DNA of 64,000 nt, from NCBI RefSeq assembly GCF_028368995.1, contig NZ_JAQNDL010000003.1, forward strand, positions 1,120,001-1,184,000, in the 5' to 3' direction. Shown here in pieces: positions 1 through 10,191 of this stretch (its first letter is position 1; each line of letters opens with the position of its first letter). The position numbers and the translations under genes are program-made. The stretch comes from Nannocystis bainbridge (GTDB taxonomy: Bacteria; Myxococcota_A; Polyangia; Nannocystales; Nannocystaceae). A model generated the notes under the pieces. It ran no database searches. It was not told where the DNA came from and saw nothing but the letters and a program-made list of their open reading frames with translations.

Positions 1-402
1 GGCTACCGGGTCGGCAGCCGGAGCGATGGTGAACCCAATGCCGCGGATCAGCGCGTGAGGGCGCTCGCTCGTCCGCTGGGCGCTGCCGAGGACGAAACCC
101 TCACCTGCCTCCATCAGGTCGACGATTTGGTACTGCGGCGAAGTGTCGTCGAGTGGCGATCCCTCCAGCATCACGTCGCCGATCGAGACCTGCAGCTCGG
201 AGAAGGTGATGACCCAACCATCCTTGACCGTGCTCGGATGGGTTCCGTCTTCGACGAATGACGCGTCCGCGAGCGACACGGTAATGTCGCGCTCCACCGG
301 GTCTTCGCCGGCGGCACAAGCGCTCGAGAGCAAGAGGGAGAGAGAGACGTGGAGACGGAGTATCGCGGGGTTCCAGGAGCCGAACACCAGGCCAGCAACC
401 AT
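1..402 (-). CDS. Putative lipoprotein, 5' part (runs off left edge)
   Basis: Minus-strand frame from ATG at 402 reads MVAGLVFGSWNPAILRLHVSLSLLLSSAC-AAGEDPVERDITVSLADASFVEDG..., with a lipobox-like LSSAC and no stop before position 1. Start is uncertain. Confidence 0.6.
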   Translation of the reverse strand, partial: MVAGLVFGSWNPAILRLHVSLSLLLSSACAAGEDPVERDITVSLADASFVEDGTHPSTVKDGWVITFSELQVSIGDVMLEGSPLDDTSPQYQIVDLMEAGEGFVLGSAQRTSERPHALIRGIGFTIAPAADPVA

Positions 403-415
403 AGCGGTGGATGCC

Positions 416-1450
416 TTATTCCACACGTTCGCAGCGGATCCCCTGCAGCAGTTCGTCCACAGTGGAGCCTGCTTCGGCGGCGAGCTCCTGCGGCCCGGCC
501 CCCCAGGCGGCCAGCAGATATGCGTCGTCGGCCACCGCCGGCTCGCTGGCGTGCCGGATCGTCGTCACCGCGACCGGCGACTCGTGGGCGAGCGGGTGAC
601 GGCGCAAGAAGCCGCGCATCGATCGGCCCGGCCGACCTCGACGAACACGCGCGACGGGTCGGCGAGCAACGTGCCGAGCGCGGCCGTCAGGGTGACGGTG
701 CCGCACAGGTGATCGGCCCAGTAAGACGGATCGGTCGCCTCGGCGTCGGTCAGCCAGGTGCCGGTCACGCACGACAGCACCGGCAGGCCCGGCGGTCGCC
801 GCTGGACCGCCGCGACTCTGGCCAGATAGGCCTCGCGGATCGGCGCCATCATCGGCGAGTGATACGCCTGGGTCACCGCCAGCCGCGTCGCCTCGAACCG
901 CGCGCCAGCAGCCGCGCCTCGACGTCAGCGACGGCCTCGACCGGCCCCGAGAGCACCGTGCAACCCGGCGCCTCGGTCGCTACCGATACGGTCGCCGGCA
1001 GCAGCGGCTCGCTCTCGGCCCGGCCGCGCAGGCGATGCCGTCGAGGATGATGTGATGGAACAGGATGAAGATCGTCGGCGCCGCGCCCTCCGCCGAGAAC
1101 GCCAGCACGCGCCACAGCGGCCCGCGCTCGAGGTCGAAGCCGTCGCGCGGGCGCAGCTCCGCGGCCGCCCGGGCCTGCGCCTCGCGCCGCGACGGCTCGA
1201 CTTGGGTATGATCATAGGACGTCAGATCGACCGCCGGCTCGGCGGCGATCCGGCGCCGCGGACCGGGCGCGTCCATGACGAAGGTGGTGCGCAAGATCGG
1301 TTGGCGCCGCGCCACCTCCTCGAGGGCCGCCCGCCAAGCGGCCATCGTCGACCTCGGAGCGCCGCGTCACGACTGCATCATCGTCCACGCGTCGCTGCTG
1401 CCGCGCTGGCGCGGGGCAGCGCCGATCCAGTGCGCGGCGCTGGCAGGAGC
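416..1450 (-). pseudogene. Degraded NRPS condensation / PKS acyltransferase relic
   Basis: ORF 980-1345 has C-domain motifs (RQPILRTTF, FDLERGPLWR, FHHIILDG). ORFs 873-1115, 565-876 and 416-772 give consecutive AT-domain pieces in different frames (TVLSGPVEAV, QAYHSPMM, LSCVTG..YWADHL, VFVEVG). Confidence 0.75.
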
Positions 1451-1685
1451 GCCGCTCCCAAGCGGGCCTGCTCGAGCGCGCCCCGACGCCCTGCCTCTCA
1501 TGCTGCGAGAGCACCGAACAAACATGACCCATCGAACATGTCCTAAGGTTTACGCACACGAATGCACCGTCTGCGCTCGCGGGGCCGGCGAGCGCCATCG
1601 ACCGGCCCGGTATCGCGCCTCTTGCTCGCCCGCTTGCCAGCGCTCCCGTCCGCGTGAAACTGTGGCGCCGACAAGGAAGCAGCGC

Positions 1686-3401
1686 ATGCGCAATTCTCGG
1701 CCGGCCTCTCACAGTTCATGGCTCGTCACCCTGGCCCTCGCGGTCGGCCCGCAGCTCGGATGCGGCGACGACGGACGCCCGCAGGGTCAGACCTCGGCCG
1801 GCGGCGCCACGACCACCAGCCCCACGACCACCACCACCGGCGGCAGCACGACCTCGGGGCCGACCACCGCGCCCACCACCTCGACCGGCGCCAGCGCCAG
1901 CGAGGGCACCGGCGTCACCGCCACCGGCGGCGTCCAGTTCGACGTCGGCAACGGTGACGACACCGACAGCGGCACCACCGGCGCCCCCAACCTTTGCAAG
2001 GTCGCGGTCGACGGCGACGCCGGCAATTGCCGCACCAAGGCCCCGCCCGACGCCTTCAGCCCCGAGGTCCAGTGGAGCTGGCCCGGCGTCGGCGAGGACG
2101 TGTTCAGCGGCGTCTCCCCGCTGGTCGCCAACCTCACCGACGACAACGGCGACGGGCAGATCGACCTGTGCGACATCCCCGACATCGTCGTCGTCGCCGG
2201 CCCGGGCGACGGCGTCGAGCCCGACACCGGCCACATTTACGTCCTCGACGGCGCCACCGGGGCCCTTCACTACACCATCCCCGACCCCGTCTATGGCTAT
2301 TCCAGCCCCGCCCTCGGCGACATCGACGGCGACGGCGTCCCCGAGCTCCTCGTCTTCGCCCACGGCGACGTCGTCCGCGCATACGAGCACGACGGCACCC
2401 CCAAGTGGACCTCCGCCCCCGTCAGCGCCGCCGCCACCCGCGGCGCCGTCGCCATCGCCGACCTCGACGCCGACGGCAGCCCCGAGATCCTCTACTCCGA
2501 CTCCGTCCTGAGCGCCGGCGGCGAGGTGCTCTGGAGCGTGCTCGACGGCGCGTGGAGCTACGCCACCCCGACCGCCGCCGACCTCGACGACGACGGCCTG
2601 CTCGAGGTCGTCTATGGTCATAGCGCCTACCGCCACGACGGCACCCCCTATTATACCAACGACGCCGTGCCCGTCGCCTCCCTCCCGCACGTCGCCGACC
2701 TCGACGAAGACGGCCTGCCCGAGATCCTCCTGTCCACCGGCAATGGCCTCACCGTGCTCGAGCACGACGGCTCCACCAAGCCCGGCCACCTCGACATGCG
2801 GCTCACCGGCGCCAACCCCGATCACGTCTTCATCTGGCTGCGCCCCGCCGCCATCCACGACTTCGACGGCGACGACCTGCCCGAGTTCTCGCACAGCTCC
2901 GCCGCCCAGTACGCCATCTACGACACCAACCCGGCCGCCATCCAGTGGCAGGCCGCCGTCCTCGACCAGAGCGGCGCCGCCGGCGGCACCGCCTTCGACT
3001 TCATCGCCGCCGGCGCCGCCCAGGCCATGTACGCCGACGAATACAGCCTGTTCGTGTTCGACGGCGCCGGCGCCCCCCTGCTCGAGGTCCCCCACACCAG
3101 CCTCACGTACATCGAATTCCCGGTGGTCGCGGACGTCGACAACGACGGCTCCGCCGAGATCGTCGTCGTCTCCAACCAAAGCATCCAGGGCCCGCCCTCG
3201 CCCACCGTCCAGGTCATCCGCGACGTCGAGGACCGGTGGATCCAGGCGCGACGGATCTGGAATCAACACACGTATCACGTCACGAACGTCCGCGAAGACG
3301 GCACCATCCCCGCCGTCGAACCGAAGAGCTGGCAATTGCTCAACACGTTCCGCACCCAGGCGCAGATCGAAGGCGGGGCGGTCTGCGATCCGCCGGGGTG
3401 A
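1686..3401 (+). CDS. FG-GAP/VCBS-repeat lipoprotein with Thr-rich linker
   Basis: Signal ending in QLGC, a Thr/Gly/Ser stalk, and repeated DxDGDGxxE(I/L) Ca-binding motifs (GDIDGDGVPE, ADLDADGSPE, ADLDDDGLLE, ADVDNDGSAE). C-terminal WNQHTYHVTN. ATG at 1686 preferred over the track start. Confidence 0.85.
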   Translation: MRNSRPASHSSWLVTLALAVGPQLGCGDDGRPQGQTSAGGATTTSPTTTTTGGSTTSGPTTAPTTSTGASASEGTGVTATGGVQFDVGNGDDTDSGTTGAPNLCKVAVDGDAGNCRTKAPPDAFSPEVQWSWPGVGEDVFSGVSPLVANLTDDNGDGQIDLCDIPDIVVVAGPGDGVEPDTGHIYVLDGATGALHYTIPDPVYGYSSPALGDIDGDGVPELLVFAHGDVVRAYEHDGTPKWTSAPVSAAATRGAVAIADLDADGSPEILYSDSVLSAGGEVLWSVLDGAWSYATPTAADLDDDGLLEVVYGHSAYRHDGTPYYTNDAVPVASLPHVADLDEDGLPEILLSTGNGLTVLEHDGSTKPGHLDMRLTGANPDHVFIWLRPAAIHDFDGDDLPEFSHSSAAQYAIYDTNPAAIQWQAAVLDQSGAAGGTAFDFIAAGAAQAMYADEYSLFVFDGAGAPLLEVPHTSLTYIEFPVVADVDNDGSAEIVVVSNQSIQGPPSPTVQVIRDVEDRWIQARRIWNQHTYHVTNVREDGTIPAVEPKSWQLLNTFRTQAQIEGGAVCDPPG

Positions 3402-3676
3402 AGCGCCGCCCGCCGCGACGGCTACGTCGAGGCGCGATCCTGAGCGCACACCCGAGCGGGAGGCGGACACGTACGCGCCCGGCGACGTCGCTCACCGGGA
3501 AGCGAACGCGCTCGAGTGCTTCACGCGCGCAGGCATGCCACGGGTAGGGCGGATCGTCGGGAGCTGAGCGCCGAACCGCTGGCGCATGCAAGCGCACCAA
3601 GCGGAGATCGAACGCGACGAGACCGCGATGCGCTTGCGAGTGCCGTCAAACGAGGCGGCATCCAGCCCCGGGTCCA

Positions 3677-4135
3677 CTAGGCGGCCGCCTCCATGTTCGT
3701 CGCCAGGAGGCGTAGGAACTGCTCGAAGCTCGATGCGTAGAGCTCCGGCTTGTAGGAGTGGGCGCCCATCGTGACGCTGAAGACGGGGCAGTCGCCCTCG
3801 GCGTCGAGCTTCGAGATGTCGAGGAAGTACGGGTCGCCGCGGACCGCGCTCCGCGCGATGACAACCCAGTTCTTCTGCCAACCTTCCTCCCCGATGACCT
3901 GCTCCGCGATGAGCCTATCGGCGGGGATGAAGCGGACACGCTCGACCGAGGTCACGGTCTCGACGTCGACGGGATCAGCCGCCTGCAAGAACGCCCGGTA
4001 GCGCGCCGGGATCCTGAGCGCATTGCGAAGCTCGTCGACCACCGCTGGTTGCGCCTTCCCGAATCTCGTCGGGATGTTTCGTCGGGTAAAGATGTCCTTC
4101 AGCTTCGCAACCGCCTCAGCGAGATCGCTATCCAT
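3677..4135 (-). CDS. SMI1/KNR4 (SUKH) family protein
   Basis: LRIPARYRAFL, VIARSAVRGDPYFLD and ASSFEQFL are typical SUKH motifs. ATG at 4135 follows a purine-rich RBS. Confidence 0.8.
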   Translation of the reverse strand: MDSDLAEAVAKLKDIFTRRNIPTRFGKAQPAVVDELRNALRIPARYRAFLQAADPVDVETVTSVERVRFIPADRLIAEQVIGEEGWQKNWVVIARSAVRGDPYFLDISKLDAEGDCPVFSVTMGAHSYKPELYASSFEQFLRLLATNMEAAA

Positions 4136-4362
4136 CGTGTCGCCCTTCCTTTTCGCAGCATCAATGCCTATGCCATAGCGCTCGAGATGTTCCAAGCCGC
4201 AATTTCTCGTCGAGCCCAGTGCCAGGGACGCCAATGGTCCTCGGATGAGGGTTTTGTCGCCGTCCAAGGCGCTTGCTATCGAACAGCCCGCGTAGCCAAG
4301 ACGCGACGGCCGAGCGCAATTACTCACTTCGGCGCGTCGGACGACATCGGGATCGGAGCGCG

Positions 4363-5085
4363 ATGATGGAGCTCGAGATCGCCGGGCTTCCGCTGGTCAC
4401 GCTCTGGATCCACGTCACGCCGGGTGCGGTGCCGGTTGTGTCCGCGCTGCTCGAGCTGCAGCACTTGCGCGTCGGGACGTGCGAACTGACCGACATCGAA
4501 CCGCTCGCGCCGCTCGCCGAGCTCAAGAGCCTCGCAATCACCGACGACGCGATCGTCGACCTCGGCCCGCTTGCTGGTAAGACCGAGCTCGCGGAGCTCG
4601 ACGCCGCCTACAACGCGATCGCCTCGCTTGCGCCGCTCGCCGGCCTGCCGCTGCAGCGACTGCAGCTGAACGACAACGAGATCTTCGACCTCGGCCCGCT
4701 GGCGACCTTGCAGGGGCTCGAGCACCTGGACGTGTCCGCCAACCCCCTCGCGCTCGGGCTCGACAGCCTGGCCGATCACCCGAGCCTGCGCACGATCTCC
4801 CTCTCCGACACCGGGCTCCAGACGCTCCCCGTCGTCGCGCCGAACACCCTCGAGATGCTCAGAGCCGCGCGCAACCACATCTCGGACCTCGGCCCTTTGA
4901 AGAGCCTTCAGGCGCCAAATACCCTGGATGTGCAAGGCAACGCGATCACGACCCTGGCGCCAATCGTTGGCGCGCCGTGGCTCGGCTACGACGACATCAT
5001 CTTCGTCGCCGACGATCCCCTCGATGCCGAGACGATCGAGGTGATCATCCCGGCTCTGTGCGCCGCGGGCGTGTCCGTCCAGTAG
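4363..5085 (+). CDS. Internalin-like leucine-rich repeat protein (possibly N-terminally truncated)
   Basis: Repeated LxxLxLxxNxIxDLxPL units (LQRLQLNDNEIFDLGPL, LEMLRAARNHISDLGPL). No signal peptide visible. Confidence 0.8.
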   Translation: MMELEIAGLPLVTLWIHVTPGAVPVVSALLELQHLRVGTCELTDIEPLAPLAELKSLAITDDAIVDLGPLAGKTELAELDAAYNAIASLAPLAGLPLQRLQLNDNEIFDLGPLATLQGLEHLDVSANPLALGLDSLADHPSLRTISLSDTGLQTLPVVAPNTLEMLRAARNHISDLGPLKSLQAPNTLDVQGNAITTLAPIVGAPWLGYDDIIFVADDPLDAETIEVIIPALCAAGVSVQ

Positions 5086-5306
5086 GGAATCGCGTGGAGC
5101 GATCTATGCAATTGTAACTGCGTGTGAGCCCGCGGTGAGCCCGACGCACCGGTACAGCCCGCCGCCGCTGATGAGACGTGGTGGACGAGCCAACCGTCCG
5201 GGTCGGTCTGGCCGGCGCCGGGGGTGTGATCGCGTGCATCGGGGACGGCGAGACGACCGTGGGGGCAAAGCCCCACTCCGCGCGAAGGGGACACGTCACG
5301 AACGCT

Positions 5307-6266
5307 TCAGCGCTTCTTGCGTCGCCCTCGATTCGACGGGGCGGACGCCACGGGGCCGGCATCGAGTCGCAGGAGCGGCCTGACCTCGCGAGCGCTCTCG
5401 ATGAGCGCCCGCACCACCGGCATGTCCGCGTCCTTCGCCCGCCAGGTGACGACGTCGGACAGCTTGATGTCGAGATCGACGACCGGACGCCACACCACCG
5501 GGGTCATCGGAGACACCAGCTCTACTGTCTTTCGGGCCAGGAACGTCACCGCGTCGCCGATCGCCACCAGCGCCAGGAGCGACTCCAGCTCGGGGACTTC
5601 GGCCATCACGGCGAGCGTGACGTCTCGCGCGCGGGCGGCGGCAAGGATGTCCGCATGGAGGCGCGGGTAGAGCTGACGCGGCTCGAGGACCACGCGCTCG
5701 CCCACCAGGTCCCGCAGCCAGATCTTCGGGCGACGTGCGAGCCGATGGTCGTGCGCGAGCGCCATGCCGAGCTGGTCGCGCGCCATCTCCATGCAGGCCA
5801 GGCCGTCGTCGGAAGGAGCTTACGACCCATAGGCGAAGGCGATCGTCCCCTCGCGGAGCGCGGCCCACTGCTCGGTGCTGCTCATCGCCAGGAGCTGGAG
5901 GCCGATGCGCGGCGCACGTCGTCGAAACGCCGCCACGAGCGAGGCCAGCGCGCCGGTGAAGGTGGCCCCCGGCTCGAAACCAATGACGGCAGTGCCGAGC
6001 CTGCCCCCGGCGACCCCTTTGGCCTCCTCGACCGCCGCGTCCACGCTCACCAGGACGCCCCTCGCCCGCTCCGCGAAGACCTTACCAGCGGCGGTGAGCT
6101 TGATGCCGCGGCCGTCAGGCTCGAAGAGCTCGACCCCCATCTCCTGCTCGAGGTCCTTCATCTGCCGGCTGAGCGGAGACTGGGACACGTGGAGCCGCTC
6201 GGCGGCCCGACGAAAGCTCTGCTCCTCGGCGATCGTCACGAAGTAGCGCAGGTGTCGGAGTTCCAT
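5307..6266 (-). pseudogene. LysR-family regulator interrupted by an in-frame TAA
   Basis: MELRHLRYFVTIAEEQSFRRAAERLHVSQSPLSRQMKDLE is a LysR HTH. TAA at 5820-5822, then the same frame continues APSDDGLACMEMARDQL...LALVAIGDAVTFL (substrate-binding domain). Confidence 0.85.
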
Positions 6267-6351
6267 GCATTCACGACCGTTGCTGCGAAGGTATCATAGA
6301 ATGGCGATCAATGTCTTGGACGGCTCGGTTCCGGGGCGGTACACCGCGTCC

Positions 6352-7550
6352 ATGAGTTCGACGATTCGCAGGCGCACCGCCGCACGGGTGCTGGTCTCCG
6401 GCGCCAGCATCTCCGGTCTCACCCTCGCCTATTGGCTCTCCCGCTACGGCTTCGATGTCACGGTGGTCGAACGCGCGCCGTATCTGCGCCCGGGCGGTCA
6501 CGCGCTCGACGTGCGCGGCCCGGCCCTCGCGGTCGCAGCGCGGATGGGCATCCTCTCCACGCTCCGCGATCGGAGCACCAAGCTGACGGGCATCTCCGTG
6601 GTCGACTCGCCGGCCAGGAGCTCTTCCGCAGCACGGAGAGCACCTTGACGGGCGGCCGGCTGGACAGCCCGGATGTCGAGATCCTGCGAGACGACCTCTG
6701 CGACGTGCTTCACGAGGCCGTGGGCGGCCGGGTCGAGTACATCTTCGGCGATTCCATCGCGTCGCTGGCCCAGGACGAGTCGAGCGTCGAAGTCACGTTC
6801 GTCACCGCTGCGCCGCGCCGCTTCGAGCTGGTGATCGGCGCCGACGGGCTAGGTTCGGGGGCGCGGCGACTCGCCTTCGGCCCCGATGAGCAGTTCTTGC
6901 GGACCTTCGGCGATCTGCACATCGCGACCTTCGGCATGCCGAACTTCCTCGGCCTCGACCGATGGCAAGTCATGTACCAGCAGCCTGACTCCGTCGGCGC
7001 GCTGGTCATGGGCCTGCGCAAGGATGTCGAAGCGAGGACCTATCTCGGCTTCAGCGCGCCAGAGGGGATCGATCACGACGTCCGCGACGTCGAGGCGCAG
7101 AAGCGGCTGCTGGCCGATCGCGTCGCCGGCGCGGGCTGGGTGATCCCGCAGATCGCGGAGCACATGCTGCGCGCGACCGATTTCCATTTCTACTCGCTGA
7201 GCCAGGTCCGCATGAGCCGTTGGTCGCGCGGAAGGATCGCGCTGGTCGGCGACGCCGGCTACGCCGTCTCCCTGGGCACGGGACAGGCCACCTCGGTCGC
7301 GATGGTCGGCGCTTACGTGCTGGCCGGGGAGCTCGCCACACACAAGGATGATCTACTGGGTGGGCTCGACGCATACGAGGATAAATTGCGCGCCTATGTG
7401 ATTCGCAATCAGGACATCGCGCTGGAACAGAACACGAAGCCAAACGAACCGACGAGCGAGGGTGAGACTGCTGCCCCAGGCGGCATTCCGGACTTCGGTG
7501 CGCTGACCCTGCCGTTCGCGCTCGAGAACTATTCGGATATGGCGAGATGA
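6352..7550 (+). pseudogene. FAD-dependent monooxygenase, frameshifted near 6610
   Basis: N-terminus VLVSGASISGLTLAYWL..VVERAP is in one frame. GQELFR..VIGADGLGS..ALVGDAGY continues in another frame after ~6610. Could be a sequencing error. Confidence 0.8.
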
Positions 7551-7980
7551 GCCCCGCCCGCGAGGCCGCGCGCGCTTCACCTCCACCTGGGACGGATGTC
7601 GAGAACCACGCATCGATCTCTTGGAAGTCGAATCGGCAGGGACCCCTGGGCCGCGTCACCGGCTCGAGGCCGAGTGCGACACGAACGAGGGCCGACGCGC
7701 TGGCGCGCGCTCGGGTACAGGTGAGCTACCGAGCTGAGCGTCGCACGGGTCGTCTTGAGGCGCACGCGAGCAGCGTCTCGACCAGGAAGTCGCGCGCGGG
7801 GCGGAGGACGAGCGCGTGCACGAGCGCGCTCCGGGTGTACGCGACTGCGCGCCGCACGAGCGGTCGGCCGTGCACACGCGGTGGGGGCCGGCGCACCAGT
7901 CCCCGCGGTCGAGGCGGTGGTCTATGCTGGCGCGTACCGACGCGCCGCCCGACAGCGCTCGCGTCCGCCGGAGCCCGACG

Positions 7981-8733
7981 ATGCCAGCAAACCACCGCCT
8001 CTCCATGCCCCTCCGGGTCGCGCTCGTCGCAACCCTCGCTGCCGCCTGCTCCCCGAAGTCGGACGACCCGATCGACACCGACACGGGGACGGCGACCGAC
8101 CCGGGCGCGACGACCGAACCGGGTGGAACCGCGTCGACCGAACCGGGTGCAACCATGACGACCGGCACCGGCGGCACCGAAACGGACACCGGTGAGAGCT
8201 CGAGCGAGCCGACGACGACCGACCCGACGACCGGCGGCGCGACGACTGGCGAGGACAGCGTGTGCCCGACGTACTGCGCCCAGCGAGAGGCGTGCGGCCT
8301 CCCGAACGGGGAGGACTGCGTCGGGGAGTGCGAGTCGGAGCTGGACGCGATGGCATTCGTCGGCGCCGGGTGCCGCGACGCGTACGAGGGCTACTACGCG
8401 TGCTTCACCGAGGTGACCTGCACCGAGCAGGACATGGGCGCGTGCGACGACGCGTACTGGGCGACGCGCGCCGAGGTCTGTGCGCGGCCGGCCTGCCTCG
8501 ACCTGTGTGGATTCCTGGTCGATTGCGGCTCCGTGTCGGAAGACAACAAGGTCGGCTGCGCGGTCGAGTGCACCCTCGGCACCACCAGCGCCTTTGTCGA
8601 CAGCGAGGCCTGCGCGCTGGCGATGGAAGACATTCTCATCTGCGAGGTCGAGACCCTGACCTGTGAACAGATCAACGAGGCCGCCAGCTGCGAGGCGGAG
8701 AAGACGGCGCAAAAAGAGATCTGCGGGGTTTGA
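7981..8733 (+). CDS. Cys-rich lipoprotein with Thr-rich linker
   Basis: Lipobox LAAAC, a Thr/Gly stalk, then two Cys-patterned repeats (CxxxCxxxxxC...CxxxC...C...C). Confidence 0.75.
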   Translation: MPANHRLSMPLRVALVATLAAACSPKSDDPIDTDTGTATDPGATTEPGGTASTEPGATMTTGTGGTETDTGESSSEPTTTDPTTGGATTGEDSVCPTYCAQREACGLPNGEDCVGECESELDAMAFVGAGCRDAYEGYYACFTEVTCTEQDMGACDDAYWATRAEVCARPACLDLCGFLVDCGSVSEDNKVGCAVECTLGTTSAFVDSEACALAMEDILICEVETLTCEQINEAASCEAEKTAQKEICGV

Positions 8734-8808
8734 TCGGGTGACTTGCGGAGCGACACGATGGCAGCGCGACTGTCGGCTCTGCTGATGACTCCGCCGCAGC
8801 CTGGCCGC

Positions 8809-8879
8809 GCCTAACAGCTGCGGGTGAGCCAGCAGAGGGGCACCGCGGCGCCCTTCCGCTGGGGCACGCTTCGTTCGGG
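8809..8879. repeat. 71-bp imperfect palindrome resembling an integron attC site
   Basis: GCCTAAC-agctgcgg-GTGAGCCAGCAGAGGGGCACC-gc-GGCGCCCTTCCGCTGGGGCAC-gcttc-GTTCGGG, between convergent genes. AAC/GTT ends plus a long stem. Confidence 0.4.
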
Positions 8880-9896
8880 CGCCGTGAAGGGCCGGCCGAC
8901 GTCGGGAGGTGGGCTCTTGGGCGGCGAAGCGGGCGGCACCTCCGTGCGGGGCGGCGGCTCCGGCAGCACGGGAACGGCAGGCCAGGTCGGGCTCGACTGT
9001 GGCGGGAGCAGCGGCGCATCGAGATCGGGGACCGCCTCGAAGTCTGCGAGCGCCTGCGCCGACCTGGACACTTCATAAGGACGGAAGCGGGATTCGCCGG
9101 TGCGGCCGCGATTGAGGCGAGCGAGCTCGGCCCGGGTGTAGGCCTGTTGCGAACCTCGCGGAGCGCTCTGGCGGACGAACGCCTCGATCTTGGCGCGGGC
9201 CGCGTCGGCGAACGCGTGGCGCAGGCCGTCGCGCTCGCTGCGGGCGGACGCCGACGGGTCCTCGCAATCGGCCCAGCGCTCGAAGATCTGCCGCTTGCGC
9301 TCGGCCAGCGCCAGCGTCTCGTCGCGCCAGAGCTCGACGAGGTGAGGCCCCAGCTCGGCGAGCTCTCGCTGCAAGCTCTCCCGGTACGCGCGATTGGCCA
9401 GGTGAGCGCGCAGGCGCTCGGTCGCGGCCAGGAAGTGTCGCTTCTCGCTCTTGTGCCGGTCCTTGCGCGGGCCGTCGGCGAGGCCGCCGAAGCGCGCGAT
9501 GAAGCCGGCCGCGACCGGCAACCGCCCCTGGGGGAAGAACAGCTCCTCGCGGATGCCGATCCAGATCGGCGGGTGGCGCTCGGGTTCGGGCTCCCGGAAG
9601 CGGCGGCGAAACATGTCGAGGCCGAAGAGATTGATCTCGATGGTCCCGCCGTGATCGCGGAACTCGAACGCGCCGTCGGGATGGATGATGGCGGTAAAGC
9701 CGTCGCCGCGGTGGCGCAGACGACCGCCGCCGTCCGGCTCGAGGGCGACGTCGGAGAGCGCGGCGCGGATGTTCTTGGGCGGCGTCCCGGGCGCGGCCGG
9801 CGGGGCGGGAGCGGCCGAGACTTCAGGTGCGACGGTCAAACCCAGCGCGACCAACGCGACGACGCGGACGAGACCAGATGAGAGGCGCGGGCGCAT
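8811..9896 (-). CDS. Hypothetical secreted protein with Pro-rich C-terminus
   Basis: MRPRLSSGLVRVVALVALGLTVAPEVSA is signal-like and the frame looks coding. The longer track start is unlikely. Confidence 0.6.
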   Translation of the reverse strand: MRPRLSSGLVRVVALVALGLTVAPEVSAAPAPPAAPGTPPKNIRAALSDVALEPDGGGRLRHRGDGFTAIIHPDGAFEFRDHGGTIEINLFGLDMFRRRFREPEPERHPPIWIGIREELFFPQGRLPVAAGFIARFGGLADGPRKDRHKSEKRHFLAATERLRAHLANRAYRESLQRELAELGPHLVELWRDETLALAERKRQIFERWADCEDPSASARSERDGLRHAFADAARAKIEAFVRQSAPRGSQQAYTRAELARLNRGRTGESRFRPYEVSRSAQALADFEAVPDLDAPLLPPQSSPTWPAVPVLPEPPPRTEVPPASPPKSPPPDVGRPFTAPERSVPQRKGAAVPLCWLTRSC

Positions 9897-10191
9897 CGAC
9901 GGTGTCCGACGACGCCAGTCATACCGCATCGACGGCAGCGCTTGTAGAGCGCGGAAGTCGTCCGCGGCTGCGATCTTCACGAGATTCGAATCGGCGAACA
10001 GGCGCGTCCGAGTGCAAGCCGGATCCCGAGGTGGGAATGGGTAGGAGAGGATCGAAGGCGTCCAGGAATGAGCATGGACACGCCATGGTTGCAGGTCGTG
10101 GGCCATTCCTGCTGCGGCCGCCAGACCAGCCGCCACACGGCGCAAGAACAGGTCGATCATGGCCGGGAAGCAGAGCCAGCCCTCGAGGTCA

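Noticed and set aside
3570-3644. GCCGAAC plus GCAAGCGCA/TGCGCTTGC hairpin as attC
   Set aside because: No matching GTT end; more likely an ordinary hairpin between convergent genes.
5108-5114. Another GCAATTG (also the palindrome at 21883-21890)
   Set aside because: No ACT element 17-18 nt downstream on either strand, so not counted as a copy of the motif.
7575-7659. Minus-strand RFDFQEIDAWF resembling an excisionase HTH end
   Set aside because: Too short, with no upstream HTH and no integrase nearby.
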